From the IMG/VR virus record IMGVR_UViG_3300030109_000603, positions 1 through 55,061 of that record: 55,061 bases of DNA; one strand, written 5' to 3'. Each line of letters opens with the position of its first letter. Position 1 is the stretch's first letter. Position numbers and translations under genes: made by a program. The notes under the pieces were generated by a model. The model had not been told where the DNA came from, made no database searches, and saw only the letters and a program-made list of their open reading frames with translations. Positions 16,579-27,000 of this stretch are shown here, piece after piece. The DNA comes from a virus (taxonomy: Duplodnaviria > Caudoviricetes).

Positions 16579-16829
16579 TGACATTAATATCTCATTTCCC
16601 TTTACCTAACTTTCCTTTTCAAACTCACGAAAATATTGTCTTTGAAAAAGCAGATAAAGATAGGTCTAGTAGAAATAACCAAGAGTATAAACCAGAAGAA
16701 CCTAATAGGATTACTCCTGATACACCAGTAGAAGATCTTAAACTGGTTAATCAGATGTATGCTTACAACCCTAATCCTAACAAACTACGTACACCCACTG
16801 GACAAATAGTAGACTTTATTGTGGCATGA
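16578..16829 (+). CDS. Hypothetical protein
   Basis: Coupled ORF. Confidence 0.6.
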   Translation: MTLISHFPLPNFPFQTHENIVFEKADKDRSSRNNQEYKPEEPNRITPDTPVEDLKLVNQMYAYNPNPNKLRTPTGQIVDFIVA

Positions 16830-17122
16830 AAAAGAAAGATCCTAAAGTAGGTACTGGTAAAAAACCTAAAGGCTCAGGCCGCAGGTTATATACAGACGAG
16901 AATCCTAAAGATACGGTATCAATTAAGTTTGCTACTATGGACGATGCAAAGGCCACAATAGCAAAAGTAAAAAGAATTAAAAAACCTTACGCAAGAAAAA
17001 TTCAGATCTTGACAGTAGCAGAACAACGTGCTAGAGTAATGAAGAAAACTGCAATAGCTAATTTATTTAAAGCCGCTAAAGCAGACTTGCGAAGGAAACA
17101 TAATGCCGTATCTAACAAGTAG
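16826..17122 (+). CDS. Lys-rich conserved phage protein
   Basis: GTGKKPKGSGRRLYTDENPKDT motif. Confidence 0.7.
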   Translation: MKKKDPKVGTGKKPKGSGRRLYTDENPKDTVSIKFATMDDAKATIAKVKRIKKPYARKIQILTVAEQRARVMKKTAIANLFKAAKADLRRKHNAVSNK

Positions 17123-17783
17123 TATACCGTACTTTAAAGCATGGGTAAGAAAAGAGTATACAAATAATTTAGAGGATTATCATGGAGAGTATCTCCACTG
17201 CATGGTCATTGGCGTCACTACTATGCCAAACAGGACTCTCAGCTTTCAAGTTATTTTTACTGGCTGCGAGTCTGACTTTGATGATGGTCCCAATATACAT
17301 GGTGGTGCGATGTGGGCTAGACTACCTCTTGTAGCTTTAGTTGCAGACACACCACTAGAAGAATGGCCCGAAGAATTACCACCTTATTTAGCCCAGCCTT
17401 GGGATTGCATGTCGCACACACACTCTGTGTATAAGTTAGAACGTGCAAGTCCTGCCCCTTGGATAGCAAAGGTAGATGGAAATTTTTATCCAGCTAAATA
17501 TTATTTTACTGTAGATTATACAGATAATGAAGTAGCTGATGATCCTGCACAACATAAACAATCTCATGTACTTGAGTTGTTAGACGCAGGTAAATACACT
17601 GGTAACATTGTTGCGTTGCCCAATAACAGAGTGAGAGTAACTCACCCAGCATGGTTTGAAGTAGGAGAAGGTGCTCCAGACTTTAAACCTAATCAACATA
17701 TATACAACTCGAAAGAAAACGTAGACTATGTTTGGGATACGCAACGAGTGTTTAATAATCTATACAGTGAGGAAGAATCATGA
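17103..17783 (+). CDS. Conserved phage hypothetical protein
   Basis: GGAMWARLP, QPWDC, HKQSH, ALPNNR motifs. Confidence 0.8.
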   Translation: MPYLTSSIPYFKAWVRKEYTNNLEDYHGEYLHCMVIGVTTMPNRTLSFQVIFTGCESDFDDGPNIHGGAMWARLPLVALVADTPLEEWPEELPPYLAQPWDCMSHTHSVYKLERASPAPWIAKVDGNFYPAKYYFTVDYTDNEVADDPAQHKQSHVLELLDAGKYTGNIVALPNNRVRVTHPAWFEVGEGAPDFKPNQHIYNSKENVDYVWDTQRVFNNLYSEEES

Positions 17784-18064
17784 TGAAGAAAAAAGGATAT
17801 GCTAAAGGTGGTATGCCTATGACCACAGTAAATGGTAAAAAAGTACCTAAGTTTGCAGCAGATGGAAAAGGTGCAAACGATATGAAAAAAGGTATGCGTA
17901 AAGGCGGCATGGCTAAAAAAGGTTATGCTAAAGGCGGTGCTATGATGAAAAAGAAAGCATACGCTAAAGGTGGTAAAGTAGCTATGTATAATCAGGGTGG
18001 CATGGTTAAGTCTACAGGAACAATTCCTACTGGAATTAACAACCCTAAAAATACTTATAAGTAA
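17780..18064 (+). CDS. Small basic protein built of [YM]xxGG repeats
   Basis: YAKGG x3, MRKGG, YNQGG. Confidence 0.75.
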   Translation: MMKKKGYAKGGMPMTTVNGKKVPKFAADGKGANDMKKGMRKGGMAKKGYAKGGAMMKKKAYAKGGKVAMYNQGGMVKSTGTIPTGINNPKNTYK

Positions 18065-18073
18065 GGAAGAAAA

Positions 18074-18574
18074 ATGGCTGTAACATTACGCACATATTTA
18101 AACAACCAACTAAAGGCAAAAGGTTTAACTGTCGCCCAAGCTAAAAAGAATGCCAGCAAATATAAAAGTATTGCTGCAGCTAAAAAGGCTGGATCACTTT
18201 ACTACACAGATAAGAATGGTAAAGTAATGGCTGCTGTATATGCAGAAGATCTTAAAAAACCTTTGACCAGTTCTGTACGTCCTAAAGCTAAACCTAAAAA
18301 GAAACCCGGAAAACCCCAAGGTCCAACAAGACTTGGTGCTATGACACTAGCTGAAAAAGTAGAAGTAGAGGCAGCTAATAAAGCTAATAAAGCAGCACGT
18401 AAAAAAATGGGTGAACTTCCATCATTACCAAAGGGTACAGATACTAAACTACCTAGTCAATCTGCAGCATTTACTGCTTTCTTTAAAAAGAATAAAGCTA
18501 AGTTTAAAAAAGAAAGTGGTAAAGGATACAATATGGGTGCGGCTTTAAAAGCCTTTAATAAGCAAAAGAAATAA
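18074..18574 (+). CDS. Lys/Ala-rich protein
   Basis: ORF with RBS; histone-like composition. Confidence 0.7.
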   Translation: MAVTLRTYLNNQLKAKGLTVAQAKKNASKYKSIAAAKKAGSLYYTDKNGKVMAAVYAEDLKKPLTSSVRPKAKPKKKPGKPQGPTRLGAMTLAEKVEVEAANKANKAARKKMGELPSLPKGTDTKLPSQSAAFTAFFKKNKAKFKKESGKGYNMGAALKAFNKQKK

Positions 18575-18939
18575 TGGCTACAGTAACTACAGCTAAGTAT
18601 TTTACTAAGTCAAAAGACTTATCTGCTACGTCAGGTGGGGCAAGTGGTGATGTTATATACACTTGTCCTGCTAATTTTATTTCTCTTATTAAATTTTTAC
18701 ATGTATCTAGTGGATCTAGTGCCACAAAGAAATACAGTCTCCAGTGGTACGAAGCTGCAACAACTACTTATCATTTTATTATAGATGAACATAGTGTAGC
18801 AGGTAATGGTATCGAAGAAGTTGTAGAAGGTGGTGCATATCTTGCACTAGCTGCTGGCGATAAGATAGTAGGATTTGAAGAAAGCAGTTCTGACTTTCAT
18901 GTGATTATATCAGGTGAGGAACATTTTCAACCTACTTAA
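18574..18939 (+). CDS. Hypothetical beta-rich (possibly virion) protein
   Basis: IYTCP...LAAGDKI...ISGEE pattern. Confidence 0.7.
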   Translation: MATVTTAKYFTKSKDLSATSGGASGDVIYTCPANFISLIKFLHVSSGSSATKKYSLQWYEAATTTYHFIIDEHSVAGNGIEEVVEGGAYLALAAGDKIVGFEESSSDFHVIISGEEHFQPT

Positions 18940-18951
18940 TGCATAACGGGG

Positions 18952-18982
18952 TTGCAATATTATCTGTAGTATGTTATAACTA
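18952..18982 (+). promoter_or_regulatory. Promoter TTGCAA-N17-TATAACTA
   Basis: Upstream of the DUF1127 gene. Confidence 0.6.
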
Positions 18983-19025
18983 AATGTGTAAAACTACTCC
19001 TGCACAAATAAAAAGGAGTGGTGCT

Positions 19026-19166
19026 ATGTTAAAAAGAATATTTAAAAAGATTCAAGAGAATCAACAACGAAGAGCAGACTATTGGATACTCATGAACTTG
19101 AGTGATAAGGATCTGCACGATATGGGGATCAGTCGTGGCGAAATCAGGCAAAAAATCTACGGTTAA
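19026..19166 (+). CDS. DUF1127 (YjiS/CcaF1-like) small protein
   Basis: RRADYWILMNLSDKDLHDMGISRGEI matches the L..LSD..L.D.G..R..I signature; AAGGAG RBS; 46 aa. Confidence 0.8.
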   Translation: MLKRIFKKIQENQQRRADYWILMNLSDKDLHDMGISRGEIRQKIYG

Positions 19167-19320
19167 TGCGGCAGGAAATTATACTAAGCCTACTATGCGT
19201 AAACGTCTTGTTGCATCCGTTAAAGCTGGCAGCAAAGGTGGAAAACCCGGACAGTGGAGTGCAAGGAAGGCCCAAATGGTCGCAAAACAATATAAAGCAA
19301 AAGGTGGGGGCTATAAGTAA
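19135..19320 (+). CDS. Basic conserved protein (DUF5872-like)
   Basis: NYTKP...GGKPGQWSARKAQ...YKAKGGGYK; probable GTG start. Confidence 0.7.
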   Translation: MAKSGKKSTVNAAGNYTKPTMRKRLVASVKAGSKGGKPGQWSARKAQMVAKQYKAKGGGYK

Positions 19321-19595
19321 TGGCCCTTGCTAAATCCCAAAAAAGTTTAAAATCTTGGACGAAACAAAAGTGGAGGACCAAGAGTGGGAAACCTAGTGCT
19401 AAAACTGGTGAACGGTATCTACCTGATAAGGCTATTAAGTCTCTTAGCGATGCTGAGTATGCCTCTACAACCAGAGCTAAACGAAAAGGCACTAAGGCAG
19501 GTAAGCAGCATGTGGCTCAACCTAAAAGCATTGCAAAGAAAACGAAACCCTTTAGAGCCTCTAAGGGTGGAATGGTAAGAAAGAAAAAGAAATGA
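19320..19595 (+). CDS. Basic conserved protein
   Basis: SLKSWTKQKWRTKSG...ERYLP; ends SKGGMVRKKKK. Confidence 0.75.
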   Translation: MALAKSQKSLKSWTKQKWRTKSGKPSAKTGERYLPDKAIKSLSDAEYASTTRAKRKGTKAGKQHVAQPKSIAKKTKPFRASKGGMVRKKKK

Positions 19596-19957
19596 GCCGT
19601 AATCTAACGGAAAAACAACAAAAGTTTCTTGATGTATTATTTGAAGAAGCTCAAGGTAATTTATCTCAGGCAAGAAAGTTGGCTGGGTATGCTGAGACTG
19701 TGGCAACTTCATCTATTGTAAATTCTTTACAAGATGAAATTGCAGATCTTACTAAACGGTTTATTGCATCTAGTGCTACTAAAGCTGCATATTCTATGAA
19801 ACAAATTATGGATAGTCCAACTGATTTGGGTAATAAAGAAAAAATGGCAGCAGCAAAAGATGTATTAGACCGCAGTGGATTTAAAGCATCTGATAGAGTA
19901 GAGGTTACCGCAGCAAGTCCTTTATTTATTTTACCGCCTAAAAATGAAGAAGATTGA
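19592..19957 (+). CDS. terS: Terminase small subunit (probable)
   Basis: LTEKQQKFL...ARKLAGY HTH; LDRSG; upstream of TerL. Confidence 0.7.
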   Translation: MSRNLTEKQQKFLDVLFEEAQGNLSQARKLAGYAETVATSSIVNSLQDEIADLTKRFIASSATKAAYSMKQIMDSPTDLGNKEKMAAAKDVLDRSGFKASDRVEVTAASPLFILPPKNEED

Positions 19958-20354
19958 TAGAGTCTGGACATTACCTGCACCAAAGCCAGATGAAAAATTT
20001 GAGTGGAGAAAAGTTGTTAGGGTTGGCAGAGTAGTGCCTTTTGGGTATAGACAAGACCCTGATGATTGTGATATACTCTTACCTATCCCAGAAGAGCTAG
20101 ATCTCTTAGAGGAAGCTAAAAAATACCTAAGACAATATAGCTACAGAGATGTAGCAGCTTGGTTAACCGAAGAATCAGGTAGATATATATCTCATGTAGG
20201 TTTAATGAAGAGAGTTCAAATTGAGCGAAAACGTAAGAGAGAAGCTTCAAACCAACGCTACCTCGCTGAAAAATATAAAAAAGCCCTCGAAAAAGCGCAG
20301 AAACTTGAAGAAGAAAGACTTGGTGGAAAAGAAACCAGAGCCTCTTCAGATTGA
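19944..20354 (+). CDS. Hypothetical DNA-binding protein (recombinase-domain-like PFGY + HTH)
   Basis: VPFGY...SYRDVAAWL...ISHVGL. Confidence 0.65.
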   Translation: MKKIDRVWTLPAPKPDEKFEWRKVVRVGRVVPFGYRQDPDDCDILLPIPEELDLLEEAKKYLRQYSYRDVAAWLTEESGRYISHVGLMKRVQIERKRKREASNQRYLAEKYKKALEKAQKLEEERLGGKETRASSD

Positions 20355-21768
20355 ATATGCAGAAGAATTTAATACTAGGGAAGTTATTTTTGAGCCTAAT
20401 CCCGGTCCACAAACAGAGTTCTTAGCTTCTACTGAACAAGAAGTATTGTATGGTGGTTCTGCTGGTGGTGGTAAATCGTATAGTCTAGTAGCAGATCCTG
20501 TACGTTATTTAAATAACCCTAATGCTAGAATGCTTTTAGTACGTAGAAGTACTGAAGAACTAAGAGAACTTATCTCTGTATCTAAACAATTATACCCTAA
20601 AGCAATTCCCGGTATTAAGTTCATGGAAAGAGATAAGACTTGGGTAGCTCCGAGTGGAGCAACACTCTGGATGTCTTACTTGGATCGTGATGACGATGTG
20701 ATGCGATATCAAGGTCAGGCATTCAACTGGATCGGTTTTGACGAATTAACGCAATGGCCTACACCCTATCCTTGGAACTATATGAGGTCACGTCTTCGGA
20801 CAACCAAAGCCAGTGGACTACCTTTATATATGAGGGCAACAAGCAACCCCGGAGGTCCGGGCCATCAATGGGTAAAGAAGACTTTCATTGACCCTAATAC
20901 TCCTAATGAAGCTTTTTGGGCTACGGATACAGACAGTGGTGAAATTATATGCTGGCCTAAAGGTCATAGTAAAGAAGGTCAGCCCTTATTTAGACGTAGG
21001 TTTATCCCTGCTACCTTATTCGATAATCCTTATCTAGCAGAAGATGGTATGTATGAAGCTAATCTTTTGTCGTTACCTGAGCATCAGCGTAGGCAACTAT
21101 TAGAAGGTGATTGGGATATAAATGAGGGAGCAGCATTCCCTGAGTTTAATCGTAAAGAACATGTAATAGAATCATACGATATACCTAGTAGCTGGGCTAG
21201 ATTTAGAGCTTGTGACTATGGCTACGGTTCTCATACAGGAGTTGTGTGGATTGCAGTAACTCCAGCAGAACAGCTAGTTGTATACAGAGAAATGTATGTA
21301 TCTAAGGTTACTGCTACCGATTTAGCAGATATGATATTAGAAGCTGAAGATGGTGAGAAAATACGATATGGTGTTCTCGATTCTAGTTTATGGCATAATC
21401 GTGGTGATACTGGCCCATCATTGGCTGAACAAATGATTATGAAAGGTTGCCGTTGGAGGCCATCTGATAGATCTAGGGGATCTCGTGTAGCAGGTAAAAA
21501 TGAAATACATAGACGATTACAGATTGATGAATTTACAGAAGAACCTAGATTGGTATTTTTTAACAGTTGTGTCAATACCATTTCTCAGCTACCTGCCTTA
21601 CCTCTTGATAAAAATAATCCAGAGGATGTAGATACAAATGCAGAAGATCACTTGTATGATGCGTTGAGGTATGGTGTTATGACTAGACCACGTAGTAATT
21701 TATTTGACTTTGATTCAAATAATCACCGTACAGGGTTTCAAGTTTCAGATGCAACCTTTGGATATTAA
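20221..21768 (+). CDS. terL: Terminase large subunit (true start probably downstream of 20221)
   Basis: Walker A YGGSAGGGKS, Walker B IGFDE, ATSNPGG, nuclease DYGY and DHLYDALRY. Confidence 0.95.
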   Translation: MSENVREKLQTNATSLKNIKKPSKKRRNLKKKDLVEKKPEPLQIEYAEEFNTREVIFEPNPGPQTEFLASTEQEVLYGGSAGGGKSYSLVADPVRYLNNPNARMLLVRRSTEELRELISVSKQLYPKAIPGIKFMERDKTWVAPSGATLWMSYLDRDDDVMRYQGQAFNWIGFDELTQWPTPYPWNYMRSRLRTTKASGLPLYMRATSNPGGPGHQWVKKTFIDPNTPNEAFWATDTDSGEIICWPKGHSKEGQPLFRRRFIPATLFDNPYLAEDGMYEANLLSLPEHQRRQLLEGDWDINEGAAFPEFNRKEHVIESYDIPSSWARFRACDYGYGSHTGVVWIAVTPAEQLVVYREMYVSKVTATDLADMILEAEDGEKIRYGVLDSSLWHNRGDTGPSLAEQMIMKGCRWRPSDRSRGSRVAGKNEIHRRLQIDEFTEEPRLVFFNSCVNTISQLPALPLDKNNPEDVDTNAEDHLYDALRYGVMTRPRSNLFDFDSNNHRTGFQVSDATFGY

Positions 21769-21777
21769 GGATAAGAT

Positions 21778-23874
21778 ATGGAAGAAGATTTTGAAGAAAT
21801 GATCATGGATAGAGAAGAAACTACATCTATAGAAGATGTGGAAGAAGAAAGCTATTCAGATCCATCAGCAGGACAGATTGTTAGTTTTGTTAGAGAAAAA
21901 TATTCTAAAGCTGAAACTGCACGAGAGCTAGATGAACAACGTTGGATTCAAGCTTATCGTAACTATCGTGGTATCTATGGCCCTGATGTACAATTTACTT
22001 CTACAGAAAAATCTAAAGTATTTGTTAAAGTAACTAAGACTAAAGTACTAGCTGCATATGGTCAAATTGCAGAAGTATTGTTTGGCGGTAATAAATTTCC
22101 TATTACTATTGATCCTACAATTTTACCTGATGGAGTTGAAGAAACAGTAAACTTTGAGTCTAATGCAGATCAACGAAAGGCAAATGAAAGTTTGCCAGAT
22201 TTACTTCCGGGTGAAACGTACCAAGATTTTAAAGAACGTCTTGCAGGTATGCAGTCAAACTTAGAGCCAGTAATGGAGTATCTACAACCCGGACCTGCTA
22301 AAACTCCTACTTCTCCACAGTTTTACCCTGCTGAAGTTGCAGCTAAAAAGATGGAAAAGAAAATACATGACCAACTAGAAGAGTCTCACGCAAAGAAACA
22401 TCTTCGTGCTGCAGCTTTTGAGGCAGCGTTATTTGGTACTGGTATTATGAAAGGTCCATTTGCAGTAGATAAAGAATATGCAAATTGGGATGATGAGGGT
22501 AATTATTCTCCTGTATTTAAAACTATTCCACAAACTAGCTCTGTATCTATATGGAACTTTTATCCTGATCCAGATGCGGCTACTATGGAAGAAGCAGAGT
22601 ATATTATAGAACGTCACAAGATGTCACGTTCACAACTACGTGGTTTAAAAAATCGTCCATACTTCCGTGAAAATGCAATTGATAATGCATTGCGTTTAGG
22701 TGAATCCTACAATAAAGAATGGTGGGAACATGTAATGGAAGATAACTCAGAACAAGATCAAGCAGATCGTTTTGAGGTATTAGAGTTCTGGGGTTTTGTA
22801 GACACTGAGTTATTAGAAGAACAAGCTATTGATATCCCTGATGACCTAAAAGGTGCGGAGCAATTAAGTGTAAACGTTTGGATTTGTAATGGACAAGTAC
22901 TTCGTTTAGTAATGAACCCATTTACTCCAGCTTATATTCCATACTTTACTGCACCATATGAAATGAATCCCTATAGTATCTTTGGTGTTGGTATTGCTGA
23001 AAATATGGATGATACACAAACATTAATGAATGGCTTTATGCGTATGGCTGTAGATAATGCTGCACTATCAGGTAACTTACTTATTGAGATTGATGAAACA
23101 AACCTAGTTCCGGGGCAAGACCTATCTGTATATCCGGGTAAGGTATTCCGTAGACAGGGCGGTGCTCCGGGTCAAGCAATCTTTGGAACTAAGTTCCCTA
23201 ATGTAAGTAATGAAAATATGCAGATGTTTGATAAAGCAAGGGTATTATCTGATGAATCAACTGGTTTCCCATCTTTCGCACATGGTCAGACAGGCGTTAC
23301 TGGTGTGGGCCGTACTGCTTCTGGTATTTCTATGCTTATGTCTGCTGCTAACGGTAGTATACGGAATGTAGTCAAAAATATAGACGATTACTTACTAGCA
23401 CCGCTAGGCAAAGCTTTCTTTAACTTTAACATGCAGTTTAATTTTGATTCTGAGATTAAAGGTGATCTTGAAGTAAAAGCTCGTGGTACAGAAAGTTTAA
23501 TGGCTAATGAGGTACGTAGTCAACGATTGATGCAGTTTTTACAAGTTGTACAGAATCCAGCATTAGCACCGTTTGCACGTATGGATTACATTGTACGTGA
23601 GATTGCTAAGTCTATGGATCTTGATCCTGATAAGGTTGGGAACAATATGACACAAGCAGCAGTACAAGCTGAGATACTAAAGAAGTTCCAAGAAGCTAAT
23701 CCACCTGAACCACAACCGGGTGTTCCACCACAAGGTGGCCCTGAGAGCGCACCTGCTGGCGCTCAGGTTCAGGATACCTCTGGGGCAGGGGGAGGTACTA
23801 TAGGTACTGGTACAGCCCCCCAGCCGGGAGAACAGGGCTTCTCAGGTAATACTGGTGGAGATACTATACAGTGA
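21778..23874 (+). CDS. Portal protein
   Basis: 698 aa after TerL; FGTGIMKGP, GRTASGISML motifs. Confidence 0.88.
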   Translation: MEEDFEEMIMDREETTSIEDVEEESYSDPSAGQIVSFVREKYSKAETARELDEQRWIQAYRNYRGIYGPDVQFTSTEKSKVFVKVTKTKVLAAYGQIAEVLFGGNKFPITIDPTILPDGVEETVNFESNADQRKANESLPDLLPGETYQDFKERLAGMQSNLEPVMEYLQPGPAKTPTSPQFYPAEVAAKKMEKKIHDQLEESHAKKHLRAAAFEAALFGTGIMKGPFAVDKEYANWDDEGNYSPVFKTIPQTSSVSIWNFYPDPDAATMEEAEYIIERHKMSRSQLRGLKNRPYFRENAIDNALRLGESYNKEWWEHVMEDNSEQDQADRFEVLEFWGFVDTELLEEQAIDIPDDLKGAEQLSVNVWICNGQVLRLVMNPFTPAYIPYFTAPYEMNPYSIFGVGIAENMDDTQTLMNGFMRMAVDNAALSGNLLIEIDETNLVPGQDLSVYPGKVFRRQGGAPGQAIFGTKFPNVSNENMQMFDKARVLSDESTGFPSFAHGQTGVTGVGRTASGISMLMSAANGSIRNVVKNIDDYLLAPLGKAFFNFNMQFNFDSEIKGDLEVKARGTESLMANEVRSQRLMQFLQVVQNPALAPFARMDYIVREIAKSMDLDPDKVGNNMTQAAVQAEILKKFQEANPPEPQPGVPPQGGPESAPAGAQVQDTSGAGGGTIGTGTAPQPGEQGFSGNTGGDTIQ

Positions 23875-24071
23875 GTCAACTAAAACTAGTCGTAAATAAT
23901 AAGCCACAGTGGGATGCAATGCTAGAAGAAATTTACTTTCGTATTGCATTCGCACATAAACAATTAGAACAATATGACGATCCTTCAGAAATATATCGTT
24001 TTCAAGGTGAGATTCGTGCATTAAGATCTTTGACTAAACTTAGGGATAAAATAAACAATGACCAATCTTGA
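23871..24071 (+). CDS. Small conserved protein after portal
   Basis: IYRFQGEIRAL motif. Confidence 0.7.
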   Translation: MSQLKLVVNNKPQWDAMLEEIYFRIAFAHKQLEQYDDPSEIYRFQGEIRALRSLTKLRDKINNDQS

Positions 24072-27000
24072 TCAACAAATGAAAAAAGGTATGGGTTATG
24101 GTGAACTGATTGTAGATAATATACTTGGTTTAGATAACGAATATGAATCATTTGGTGAAAAATTAGGTAAAGCAATTAATGAGGATGAAATAGGATTCCT
24201 CAAAGATGCTGCTGTTGGTATCTATGAGGGGGCTAAAGAGTTTGTTACTAGCCCAATAGAAACAACTAAAGAAGTTATTACAAATATTAAAGACAGTGTA
24301 CAAAGGCTTGGTAGTGAAGATTTAGATACAAGACTACAAAGTATGTACGGTGTATCATACGATCAAGCTACAGATCAACAAGTAACTGCTGCAAGAGAAG
24401 CTGTTATTGGTGATGCTATGACTGCATTGGAATTAATTCCTGCAGCTAAGGCAGCAACAGTTACTGCAAAAGCAGCAAGCTCTGCTATACCTAGTGGAGT
24501 TAAAGCTGATATAGTAGGTCAAACCAAAGCAGTCTTTGGTGGTGACATGGAGTTTTTAAAAGGTACACCAACAGAACGTTCTGGTACTGTAGGTGTTGGT
24601 GCAGAAGTAGTTGGTCAAGATGATGTAAGTCTTGATGATATTACTGATTATATGGATTCAGAAGTAACACCTACTAAATCTAAAAAAGAAACAAACCCTT
24701 TAGTTAGAAGTGTAAATGCTAGTAATGTAGAGGTTCAAGCAGATTTAGCAGATTTTCGTAGTTCTGTTTTAGGTTCTTTAGACAATCTTGCCATTGGTAA
24801 AGATGGTATGTCTGGCTTTCAAATTAAAAAGTTTTTAGAAAAGAGAGCACCAAAAATAAATAAAACAGAATTGTATTGGTCAGGTCTTTTAGAAAACTTA
24901 GACGATAACAAAAAATATTCTAAACAACAATTAAAAACTCTTGCAGATAGAAATGTACCCAGAGTAGATATAGAAGTTCTTGATGGAAGTTATGCACGAT
25001 ATCGTGATCAGCAAAGAGTAGCTTTAAATGTTAATAACAATGTTATGCAGCCTTTAGATGGTTACAAAGAAATAGTTATTGTAAATAAAAATACTAAAGG
25101 AACTGAATACAGTGCAGGTCATTATGACATTATGTTTCAACCTGACGGTAATGTTTTAGCTCATGTAAGAGGTAGTTTTGTAGAAAATAATGAACCAGAC
25201 TTTCCAATAAAAGAAAAGTTTTTTCTTGTTGAAGAATTGCAAAGTGATGCTGTACAACAACATACGGTAGCAGATAAAGCAATTGCTAAGAAAATTAAAG
25301 AAGAAAAAGCATCTAAACCAACTTTAGGTGATATAGGTCTTCACTATCAAACAAAAATAAATGAAGCAGTTTTTGATTACCTTATGAACGGCCTTGAGTT
25401 TACGGATAAATTTATAAAAGATATAGATAGTTATAATTACCATTTTAGATATATAGGAGATCAAGACACTGCAGAGCAAGCTACACATTTAGGTTTAACT
25501 AATATCATAGATGATATGACAAGGTTAAAAAGTCGTTTCTTAGATGGTAATACTAGTAAAGATGCAATTGTATTGCAATTAAGTCAGAAATACGGTTTAA
25601 AAGAAAGATCAATTACAAGAAGAAGCATAGAAGAACTAGATGAAGTTGATAATATTTTTGCAAATGTTTTAGGTGATTATGTTTTTGGAAAGACTGCTGT
25701 AAGAAAATTTAATAAAGAAAATAATAATAAATTTAAAGAAGATTTAATAAACATCTTTAAAGGTATAAATATTGACACTGGTTTAGAAAAAGATTTAGTT
25801 CCAGCTAAATTATCTGATACAATTAGGATGTCTTTGCTTGCTGTAATTAGAGAATCTAAAAGTGAGGGTGTAAATAAAATATATATCCCTACCCCTGAAG
25901 TTATATCTAAAGCTCATGATTTAAGTTTAGAAGCTGCTAAAAATACCTATAGTGATGGGGTTAGAAAAGTTTTAAGAACACTTAATAATGAAACAAATGG
26001 TAAGATAAAATTTAAAAATAAAAATCCAGAGGGTATATCTTATTATGAAAATAAAGACGCAGTAGGAATAGAAATAGACATTACAGATTTTGATTTACCA
26101 GATAACCCACAGTTTAGATTTGATAGAGGTGGACTAGCTGTAAGTCAAACAGAACAAATGATGGGTATGCCTACTATGAGAGATCCTGCTGTCATAGATC
26201 CAACAACAGGACAACCGTATGATGCTTTAGGCTCTATGCGACAGCAAGCAGAACAAACTCGTCAAGCAGAAGTTAAAGAAGAATTTGAAAAGTTAAAACT
26301 TCCAGAAGATATTCAAGAAGAAGCTGAAGAAATTCTTAGACCTAAGTTAAGACCTGAAGGTTTACCTAATGTTTATGAAACTAAAACTGCAGTAGATAAA
26401 GTATTAGATTTAGGATATCTTTTAAAAGAAAAACAAAAAACTGGAGGTGGTCTTAGTAGAATTGTTTCTGGTTTAGATGAAAATAATCCTGTTCATCAAA
26501 AAATTATTAAAGGTTTTTTTGACAATGCAGTAGGTGGAGACACAGGATTTAATCCTACTAAAGACGCTTGGTGTGCTGCTTTTGTAAATCACGTACTTAC
26601 AGAACTTGGTGCAGACCTTATAAATTCTAAAGATCGTTATGATAGGATCAGAGCAAATAAATATAAAAACTATGGGCAGCCTGTAGATATTAATAATATC
26701 CAAGAAGGTGATATTGTTGTATTTGATTTTGATAAAGATGGTACTGCTGATCATGTAACTTTTTACGCAGGTGGTAGAATAACAAGTCAAGGTGAAGGTC
26801 AGTATATAAATGTAATTGGTGGTAATCAAGCTGGTGAAGTTTCTATAAGAGAAAATCATCCCTTGTATACATTAGATAATGTGGCTGCAATTAGAAGAAT
26901 TACTTATGATGGTGATGCATATGAAATAGCTCAAAGCCATAAAGATTCTGACCCAATATTTAAAACCTTCTTACCAGAAGAACATGAAGACTATGCCTTT

